Shown in pieces: positions 56,756-64,000 of a stretch of 64,000 nt of DNA. The notes under the pieces were generated by a model. The model was not told where the DNA came from. It made no database searches and saw only the letters and a program-made list of their open reading frames with translations. The position numbers and the translations under genes are program-made. Numbering within the stretch: the first letter of the stretch is position 1; each line of letters starts with the position of its first letter. The stretch is taken from the NCBI GenBank assembly GCA_032128875.1, contig JAVLKG010000003.1, forward strand, positions 65,008 to 129,007. The letters run 5' to 3'. The DNA is from Candidatus Melainabacteria bacterium 17Bon1m (GTDB taxonomy: Bacteria; Cyanobacteriota; Vampirovibrionia; Obscuribacterales; Obscuribacteraceae).

Positions 56756-57670
56756 ATGGTCGCCACATTTACCGCAGAAGAAATACTCGAAATAACGACT
56801 GGGCGCCTGGCTCAGGGCATGATGCCGGACGAAAACGAAGCCGCGGAAATTTGCATCGATACGAGAGAAATCAAGGAAGGCGCATGGTTTGTGGCTTTGC
56901 GCGGTGATCGCTTCGACGGACACGATTTTTTGGGTGATGCATTTGCTTCGGGGGCGCTCGGCTGCATCGTAAGCGAAAGAGGCAGCTACCCGATAGCCAG
57001 CTCGTCTTTTCCGCTGATTGCCGTCGACGATACGATGATTGCCTTGAAGAACCTCGCGCGCAACTGGCGTCGGCGTCTCAGCCCAACTGTAGTGGCAGTC
57101 ACAGGCTCAAAGAGTCAGCCCTTCGGAATCGTTACTCAACTGATGGCAAGGGTAATGGGCTCGTGCTTTGACGAACAATTTCATTTTTTGCCACCAACTG
57201 CGGTGCTGCCCGCGGGAGAGGCATTGACTTGTTTATTGTCGATGGATGAGATGGCTCGTTATTGTTTGTTCGAGTTGACACCACGCTCCGTCGACGAGCT
57301 GTCACTGTTCTGCGGCGCACTGGCTCCTAACATTCTCATCGTCACCAATGACGGCTATCGTGATTTGAAGGCGGGAGCTGCCGGAGGTGATGCGATCGAG
57401 GCGCTAGCTGAGGTTCTTGCCAATATGGACCCACGCAAGAAGATGGTTATTTCTGAAGATCCGCCCGGTACTGAAATGCAGAAATTTGCGGCAGTTTTTC
57501 CCGGACGCTTTGAGGTTTATTCTGAAACGGCCGAAAACCCGCTTGTCGGTGGGGATTTCTCCGAGAATAGAGAACTTGCGCAGCATCTCTGGTGTGTATT
57601 CACCGCTGCACGTGAGATGGGTGTGGACGAAGCCGAAGTATTATCTCTGCTGTCTATGGAAAATGCTTAG
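56756..57670 (+). CDS. truncated, degenerate MurF-like (Mur ligase) protein
   Basis: Intact Mur N-domain (CIDTREIKEGAWFVALRGDRFDGHDF; IAVDDTMIALKNLA; VVAVTGS), but no GKTT and only 304 aa. Confidence 0.8.
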   Translation: MVATFTAEEILEITTGRLAQGMMPDENEAAEICIDTREIKEGAWFVALRGDRFDGHDFLGDAFASGALGCIVSERGSYPIASSSFPLIAVDDTMIALKNLARNWRRRLSPTVVAVTGSKSQPFGIVTQLMARVMGSCFDEQFHFLPPTAVLPAGEALTCLLSMDEMARYCLFELTPRSVDELSLFCGALAPNILIVTNDGYRDLKAGAAGGDAIEALAEVLANMDPRKKMVISEDPPGTEMQKFAAVFPGRFEVYSETAENPLVGGDFSENRELAQHLWCVFTAAREMGVDEAEVLSLLSMENA

Positions 57671-57680
57671 AGGTTGAAGC

Positions 57681-57708
57681 AAAAGAAAAGGAGCCGCGAA
57701 CGGCTCCT
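57681..57708. terminator. terminator between convergent genes
   Basis: aaaagaaa-aggagccg-cgaa-cggctcct. Confidence 0.65.
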
Positions 57709-57732
57709 GGAAAGGATTTTGCTTGGCTGAAG

Positions 57733-58122
57733 CTATGCGTTCTGCTGGGTTAGCAAACGCCGATTGCGCGATGCAAACAAATAGCATTGCTTGGTGATCC
57801 ACATCGTGCCTGGCAATATGTAGAAAACAGCTGCCAATTTGCCGAGCGGCAAATGCTTGAGAATGAGCGGGATGGCTTCTGGTCCTTGCCAGCGACTGCC
57901 TTCTTCGTCGATGAGCATCAAGCTCCAGCGTGAGCTGTCCAGCTCGGTAATTAACCGCTGCGCAGCAGGATTTCTCGAGTCTCTATCTACGAAAGTGAAG
58001 ATGGCTTCTCGATCCCACCATTTCACCAGCGAGCTGAAATTGCGGACCATGCCGCATCTTTCGTCGCAGACGATAGTAAAAGACGACAAGTTTATTGGGC
58101 TTTGAATGGCTGCAGTTTCCAT
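57733..58122 (-). CDS. DCC1/DUF393-like thiol-disulfide oxidoreductase family protein
   Basis: IVCDERCGMV..WWDR..LIDEEGSRWQGPEAI..CYLFASRNR; likely ATG at 58122. Confidence 0.78.
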   Translation of the reverse strand: METAAIQSPINLSSFTIVCDERCGMVRNFSSLVKWWDREAIFTFVDRDSRNPAAQRLITELDSSRWSLMLIDEEGSRWQGPEAIPLILKHLPLGKLAAVFYILPGTMWITKQCYLFASRNRRLLTQQNA

Positions 58123-58507
58123 TGCTTGCTCGCCTTTTCTTGAGGTGGGTCTTTTACGGAATTCCTGGTCTTGACTCTTAATCTTTAGATTTGAGTTGCT
58201 TAATTTTAGCAGAGCATAGTGCATATTTGATACCAATATTCGAGAAATATTTTTCCGCTTCTACTATTGAAGGGCTCACGAAAACGCCGTTGCCACGCGG
58301 GATTTCAAGTAGTGCCCCAAAATATTTCGTTGTTCATTTCTTGACTTCTGTCGACGATCAGCCACAAATCTTGAAGTTTGCAAAGCGATACTGTATTAGC
58401 GTTTTCTATTTGATGTTTTTCCAACGCGTGATACCTTGATGTCAGGGAACTTCTTGGCGCAAGACGCGCCTTATACATCAGAGTTCCCGAGCGTGGAGCG
58501 AAACCCC

Positions 58508-58726
58508 ATGAAGCCTGGCAATATCAGACTAAGCAGATTTATAAGCTCCGAAGCCGGAGATGGAACCGTTGAGTACGGGACCATCATGACCTATTCAGTA
58601 ATCGCGGTTGCATTGATCATCACTATCTTCAACGCAGCTCAATCCGGATTGATTGCCACTTTGACGGATGATGCAGTTTCACGCGTCAATTGGGTCGCCG
58701 CAAAACAAGCCGGAACCTGGAACTAG
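58508..58726 (+). CDS. Flp/type IVb pilin-like protein
   Basis: RFISSEAG-DGTVEYG followed by a hydrophobic helix (Flp-type G..EY motif). Confidence 0.65.
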   Translation: MKPGNIRLSRFISSEAGDGTVEYGTIMTYSVIAVALIITIFNAAQSGLIATLTDDAVSRVNWVAAKQAGTWN

Positions 58727-58816
58727 AATTTGCTTTTCAAAATTTGGTGAGTGCATGGAGATGCGCTTGTTTCCTGGTTTTTTGCTTATATTATAAAGAG
58801 TAGTAAAAATGCGCTG

Positions 58817-58875
58817 AAAAAAAGAGGTTCTGCAGTCAGGATGCATCTTTCGATACAGCCTGAAAGCAGAACCCC
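58817..58875 (-). terminator. long hairpin terminator after htpX
   Basis: gaggttctgc..tcagg..cctga..gcagaacccc with an A-run at 58817-58823 (U-tract on the minus strand). Confidence 0.6.
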
Positions 58876-58910
58876 TCAAAGCTAAGTCGTGCCGTTGGCG
58901 CTCTCGTCGC

Positions 58911-59981
58911 TTAGTCGAGGTCGCGAACGCGCGGGCACTGGTCGCCGGCCATTGCATCCAGCTCAGCCATGCGCTTTTCGACAGACGGGTGATGTTCACC
59001 CAGTCCGCGCCACCAACGACCAAGTCGAGCGCCCAGGCTGTTGTCGACGCCAGTCTCGTCGTCCTCGTCAAACGCGTTGACGATGAAGAGAGGCTTCATG
59101 CCGCGAGTCAGAGTGATGAGGCGAATGTCACGACGCTGACGCATCATGAAATTGCGGATCTTCTGCAGCGCGCTGGAAAGGGCGCACGGATCCTGCGTCC
59201 ACTCAGCGGCAAGCACGTCGGCAGCGCTTTCGCGGCAACGGCTGACGAAGAGCGCCAGGAATTTCGTGAGCATGCTGACCAGGTAGAAAATGACCAGCAT
59301 CATGATGAAACCAGCGACGCCGCCATCTGGCGTGAAGAATCGCTTCTTGTCCTTATTCACCTTGTCCGACAGTTTGTCGAGCAGAGGCGCTTCGCCGCCG
59401 GAGAACACACCGCGGAAGAGTCCGGGAATGCCGGCAGACAGGACGATGGCGAACAGCGAGCCCATCACAGCCATGAACGACCCAATCGAAACGTCACGGC
59501 ACTTCACGTGCGCAAGTTCGTGGGCAAGCACAGCTTTGAGCTCTGCGTCGGTGAGGCCGAGATGCAGCAACCCTTCGGTTGCGGCGATGAAGCTGTTGGC
59601 CGGATTCCGACCCGTCGCAAAAGCGTTCGGCATCGGAATCGGCGAGATGTACACCGGCGGCTTGACCTTGAGACCGGTCACCGGATACAGCTCATTGACC
59701 AGGCGCACAAGGCGCTGGTGATCGGGATTGTGCGCGTTTGGCTCGCGGCACTTCATCAGCTTCAGAACAAGCGTGCCGCTGTGATACCAGCTGAAAACCG
59801 GCACCAGCGACCACGCACCAAGAAGCACGACTCCCCATGTGAAGCTGAGCCCGAAATACATCAGGGCTGCAACTGCAAGCACGGAAATGAGAGACATGCC
59901 AAAGATAGTCTTAAACCAGGTCGACGCGAGGCGGCGCTTCGTTGCGGCTGCGTCAAACCCGTGAGAATGTTTGTGTGGCAT
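58911..59981 (-). CDS. htpX: HtpX-family zinc metalloprotease (M48)
   Basis: PNAFATGRNP, ATEGLL, AVLAHELAHVK, SRCRESAAD, LSSALQKI, HPSVEKR. Confidence 0.9.
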   Translation of the reverse strand: MPHKHSHGFDAAATKRRLASTWFKTIFGMSLISVLAVAALMYFGLSFTWGVVLLGAWSLVPVFSWYHSGTLVLKLMKCREPNAHNPDHQRLVRLVNELYPVTGLKVKPPVYISPIPMPNAFATGRNPANSFIAATEGLLHLGLTDAELKAVLAHELAHVKCRDVSIGSFMAVMGSLFAIVLSAGIPGLFRGVFSGGEAPLLDKLSDKVNKDKKRFFTPDGGVAGFIMMLVIFYLVSMLTKFLALFVSRCRESAADVLAAEWTQDPCALSSALQKIRNFMMRQRRDIRLITLTRGMKPLFIVNAFDEDDETGVDNSLGARLGRWWRGLGEHHPSVEKRMAELDAMAGDQCPRVRDLD

Positions 59982-60374
59982 CTCACGACTCCTTCAGATT
60001 TGCATTTAGAACCGCGCCGCTCTTCGTAGAACAAGCAGCAGCGGTGCGGGAAAGGCGAGGTAGGTAGGTATTTCCAGTCGTAGAAAAGCCGGCCTACAAC
60101 TCCCGCATGCTGCTAGGCACGAGGTTGAAGAGAACTAAGCCGGAAAACGGGAGATTTAGCCTGAGGGCTAGATACCTGTAAGAGCAGAAAAAAGCGGGTG
60201 AAACGGAAGAACTCTAATCAAGTCATGACAGCTGTTTCTAGAAGACTAATAAAACAGTGCTTTAGAAACGGCGGATTACAGTTCGCATCGCTTATGTAGC
60301 CAAGGGTTCGCAGCTAGCGACGTCTTTGCGAGCAAGACGTCAAGCGCTTTGCCGCTTTGTAGTTCTCGCGGGTT

Positions 60375-61184
60375 TTACTGCTTTGCAGCTTCGACTGCTT
60401 TGTCTTTCTTGCCGCAGCAGTCTTCGGATTTGCTCATGGGCGCGCTGTTTTTGTCCATGGTGCCAGTAAACGGATCGTAGAGGGGAGTTTCGTCGTTGTG
60501 TTTTTCAGCTGGCGTTGGGCCTACACCGGGCGCCCATAGGCGAGTTTTCCAGTATTTCTTAATCGCTGGGCTAGGTTGCTCGAAAAATGGATATTTGGGA
60601 CCCCAGTTGAGATCCACAGCCTTCTGAATATCGGCTACTGATGAGCCTTTCTTGCTCATTTTGTAGGCCATTACAACCTCACCTTTGCAGTAGTTGCAAT
60701 CGACTCCGTGATCAGACGTGAAGCAGTCGAGCAAGGACACATGCTCATCTGTGTAGTCGCAGCCGCAATAGCAAAAAACCTTTTCTGCTATTTCAGGAAC
60801 GCGTTGAGCGGCAATATAAGCCATTTTTGTTTGTCCTATCCACTTTTCTGAGGTTAGGACTTTTTTGCCCAATGCCGAAAGCTTTTCGCCATTCTCTGTC
60901 GTTTCTAATGATTTTGTCGATGCTGTTTCCGCTGGCTTCTCATCGGAATCTGAAGCAACATCGGTAGTGGTCGAGGTCGTGCTTGTCTCTTTTGTTGTGT
61001 TTGTTGCAGTGGTGGTAGTCGTTGTGGTCGTTGTAGTGTTCGCTGTCGAAGTCGCAGCCGTCGTTGAGTCGCTGGTTTTCGTTTTACCGCATCCGGTCAG
61101 CGCAACGCATGAAAGCAGCAAAAGCAATGTGCCAGCTGTCAGTGACACAGCGGCACGCGATGAAATCTTTTCCGAAAAACTCAA
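60375..61184 (-). CDS. PCYCGC-motif lipoprotein with Thr-rich linker
   Basis: Lipobox LTGC; poly-Thr; VFCYCGCD..HVSLLDCF..HGVDCNYC. Confidence 0.85.
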   Translation of the reverse strand: MSFSEKISSRAAVSLTAGTLLLLLSCVALTGCGKTKTSDSTTAATSTANTTTTTTTTTTATNTTKETSTTSTTTDVASDSDEKPAETASTKSLETTENGEKLSALGKKVLTSEKWIGQTKMAYIAAQRVPEIAEKVFCYCGCDYTDEHVSLLDCFTSDHGVDCNYCKGEVVMAYKMSKKGSSVADIQKAVDLNWGPKYPFFEQPSPAIKKYWKTRLWAPGVGPTPAEKHNDETPLYDPFTGTMDKNSAPMSKSEDCCGKKDKAVEAAKQ

Positions 61185-61382
61185 CTTAGACCCCCAAGAG
61201 GTTCTGAAATCTAGACTACATAAGACTTAGTTGTAACACACCGATTGTTTCCGGCATTCGGTGTATGTGCCTGTGCAATTTGCTCTGTGACAAAATGCTC
61301 GTTTTCTCTAGCTGCTGGGGCTAAAGGGGTTGTAATTTGGTAAGATCACCCTTCCTGGGTCCGCTCGCCCGAGTAATTCATC

Positions 61383-63281
61383 ATGCTGGAATTTGATGTC
61401 GTAGTAATCGGTGGAGGTCATGCTGGCGTTGAGGCTGCTAATGCGGCGTCTCGCCTGGGTCTCAACACGCTTATGTTGGCGGTAAATCTCGACACCATCG
61501 GCGCCATGCCCTGCAATCCGGCTGTTGGTGGTCCTGGCAAGTCGCACCTGGTGAAAGAAATTGATGCGTTGGGTGGCGTCATGGGCATTGCTGCCGACGC
61601 CACTTATTTGCAAATGCGAGTTTTGAATTCCAGTCGAGGTCCTGCCGTGCAGTCCTTGCGCGCACAGAGCGACAAGCGCGAGTATTCCGTGTGGATGAAG
61701 ACATACATGGAATCACTGCCCAATGTGACTCTGCGTCAGGGCATGGTCAAGTCCTTGATTTTAGAAAACGGCAAGATTGCCGGTGTTGAGCTAGCCTTTG
61801 GCGATCGCATCAAAGCAAAAGCTGTTGTTCTTTGTGCCGGCACGTTCCTTGAAGGAACGATTTGGATTGGTAAGGAAACAACTCCTGCCGGTCGGGCTGG
61901 AGAATTTCCCGCAGTTGGCCTTTCCTCGATGCTCAAGTCGATGGGTTTCCGCATGCCGCGTTTTAAGACTGGCACACCGCCTCGCCTTGATGGACGCACG
62001 ATCAACTATGCGGAATTGCCTGTCGTTCCTGGTGATGATTCGCCGCAGTTTTTCTCATTCCTCGACAATCGCCCCGTGCTTCCGCAAATTCCGTGCCATC
62101 AAACTCGGACTACCGAGCGCACGCATGAACTGATCAACGCAAACTTGCACGAATCGCCGATGTATTCAGGTTTGATCGATGCGAAAGGTCCGCGCTATTG
62201 CCCGTCTATTGAAGACAAAATTGTTCGTTTCGCCGATAAAGACAGCCATTCGTTGTTTTTGGAACCGGAAGGTCGCTCTACCTATGAAGTCTATCTCCAG
62301 GGTTGTTCGACAAGCTTGCCGGTTCACATCCAGCATGAGATCGTTCATTCGTTGCCAGGACTCGAAAACGCAGTCATGGTGCGCCCGGCCTATGCCGTTG
62401 AATATGACTATCTGCCTGCAGTGCAGTTTAACCACACATTGATGATGAAGGATTTGCCCGGATTTTTTGCTGCCGGACAAATGCTTGGAACGAGTGGATA
62501 CGAAGAAGCCGCTGCGCAAGGGCTTGTCGCCGGTATCAACGCAGCGCAGTACGTCAAGAATGAAGAACAGTTTGTTCTCTCACGCTCATCGAGTTATACC
62601 GGAACACTCATCGACGACCTTGTCTCCAAGGAAATCGGCGAGCCTTATCGCATGATGACTTCGCGTTCTGAGTATAGATTGTTGCTGCGCCAAGACAACG
62701 CAGATCAGCGTCTCACCCCGCTTGGTCGCGAGTTGGGCATGGTGGACGATCATCGCTGGGAACTGTTCGAGCGCAAGCAAAACGGCATGAAAGCTGAGCG
62801 CAAGCGCTTGAAAGAAACGCGCGTCCATCCATCGCCTGAGTGGGAAGCGGCTCTAGCACCGCTTGATGAGAAATTGAAGCAGGCGATGACCCTGGAAGAA
62901 ATTTTGCGCCGACCGAAAGTCCCTTACACGCTGATTGAACAGCTGGTGCCGGCCGATGCTGAGAAAACTTTTGAATGGTCGTTGGAAGTAGAAACCGACG
63001 TCAAATACGAAGGGTATATCGCGCGTCAAAAACATCAAGTCGAACAAGCTGAAAAACTCGACGGCGTGAAAATGCCAGCCGACATTGATTACATGGCAGT
63101 TGAGAATTTATCCAAAGAAGCGCGCGAAAAACTCAGCCGCATTCGCCCCGAAACTCTCGGTCAAGCCTCGCGTATGGGCGGTGTTTCGCCAGCCGATATT
63201 TCTGTTCTTCTGATCATTTTGGAATCGCGCCGCCGCTCTCGCCGTGGCGGAAAGCACAACGCATCCCCAGTTCAAGCGTAG
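61383..63281 (+). CDS. mnmG: tRNA uridine-5-carboxymethylaminomethyl modification enzyme MnmG
   Basis: [63 protein letters not shown]. Confidence 0.98.
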   Translation: MLEFDVVVIGGGHAGVEAANAASRLGLNTLMLAVNLDTIGAMPCNPAVGGPGKSHLVKEIDALGGVMGIAADATYLQMRVLNSSRGPAVQSLRAQSDKREYSVWMKTYMESLPNVTLRQGMVKSLILENGKIAGVELAFGDRIKAKAVVLCAGTFLEGTIWIGKETTPAGRAGEFPAVGLSSMLKSMGFRMPRFKTGTPPRLDGRTINYAELPVVPGDDSPQFFSFLDNRPVLPQIPCHQTRTTERTHELINANLHESPMYSGLIDAKGPRYCPSIEDKIVRFADKDSHSLFLEPEGRSTYEVYLQGCSTSLPVHIQHEIVHSLPGLENAVMVRPAYAVEYDYLPAVQFNHTLMMKDLPGFFAAGQMLGTSGYEEAAAQGLVAGINAAQYVKNEEQFVLSRSSSYTGTLIDDLVSKEIGEPYRMMTSRSEYRLLLRQDNADQRLTPLGRELGMVDDHRWELFERKQNGMKAERKRLKETRVHPSPEWEAALAPLDEKLKQAMTLEEILRRPKVPYTLIEQLVPADAEKTFEWSLEVETDVKYEGYIARQKHQVEQAEKLDGVKMPADIDYMAVENLSKEAREKLSRIRPETLGQASRMGGVSPADISVLLIILESRRRSRRGGKHNASPVQA

Positions 63282-63286
63282 GGGCG

Positions 63287-63757
63287 ATGACTTCACGTCC
63301 TCCAGTTCCACCGTTTACGCTGGAAACAGCAGTGCAAAAAGTTCGCATGGCTGAGGATTCTTGGAACACTCGCGATGCTCACAAGGTTTCACTTGCGTAC
63401 ACAGAGGACAGTCAGTGGAGAAATCGCGCGGAATTCATCACCGGCCGTGAGCAGATCGTCGCGTTTCTCACCAGGAAATGGAATAAAGAACTCGATTACA
63501 GGCTAATCAAAGAGCTTTGGTCGTTTGAAGGTAATCGCATAGCCGTTCGTTTTGCCTATGAATGGCATGATGACTCGGGCAACTGGTTTCGCTCATACGG
63601 AAACGAAAATTGGGAGTTCAACGAAGACGGATTGATGGAAAGGCGTTTCGCATCGATCAACGACCTTCCAATTTTAAGCGAGGAACGAAAGTTCCACTGG
63701 GACTCATCTAATCCGCGACCTGCAGACCACCCCGGATTGAGCGAGCTTGGTCTTTAG
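63287..63757 (+). CDS. DUF1348 / SnoaL-like (NTF2-fold) protein
   Basis: [46 protein letters not shown]. Confidence 0.93.
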   Translation: MTSRPPVPPFTLETAVQKVRMAEDSWNTRDAHKVSLAYTEDSQWRNRAEFITGREQIVAFLTRKWNKELDYRLIKELWSFEGNRIAVRFAYEWHDDSGNWFRSYGNENWEFNEDGLMERRFASINDLPILSEERKFHWDSSNPRPADHPGLSELGL

Positions 63758-64000
63758 AGTTCTTGTTGGCGCTGTTGTTCTAAATCAAGACGCAAGTCAT
63801 TTTTCTGTTGGTAAAAGCCCTTTTTCTGTTGGAAGGGTTTATACTGAAAGTGTTGTAATTTCTGTGGACGACAATTGCAATGCCAGCACCGATGCCCGAA
63901 AAGCAATTTTTAAAGATAGTGAAAGGCGCGGGCTGCACCAGCGTACATACTGTTCTGGAGCAAGTTGTAATGATCAAAAAAGAAGCAATTCAACGAACGG

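Noticed and set aside
58989-60029. 346-aa plus-strand ORF
   Set aside because: Antisense shadow of htpX.
63780-64000. 65-aa minus-strand ORF and a short direct repeat (tttttctgttgg twice) at the window end
   Set aside because: No motif or SD support, and the context is cut off by the window edge.

Overview
Bacterial chromosomal window. The mix of giant HEAT/TPR proteins, PAS histidine kinases, a DUF4388-like protein and a PCYCGC lipoprotein suggests non-photosynthetic Cyanobacteriota (Melainabacteria/Obscuribacterales), but this is inference only. The first 23 kb is an accessory locus of very large uncharacterised proteins. Three of them (3..1499 partial, 2499..5777, 15918..22874) share a ~295-aa C-terminal module ending in a transmembrane helix but carry different cargo: a phosphothreonine-lyase-like domain, a PRTase-like domain and a pseudo-phosphatase. 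They surround a ~3360-aa HEAT/TPR protein, and the three proteins whose starts are visible share a Pro/acidic N-terminal leader. The rest is mostly metabolic and regulatory: MscS, pepA, Xaa-Pro peptidase, glycogen debranching enzyme, GTP-PEPCK, pyrBC, htpX and mnmG. It also holds a csoR-type gene followed by an unannotated Cys-rich microprotein, two coupled histidine kinases with complementary defects (a possible obligate heterodimer), a stand-alone nicotianamine-synthase-like gene and a degenerate MurF paralogue. I recognised no rRNA, tRNA, CRISPR array, integrase or transposase. All domain calls come from motif recognition by eye, not from database searches.
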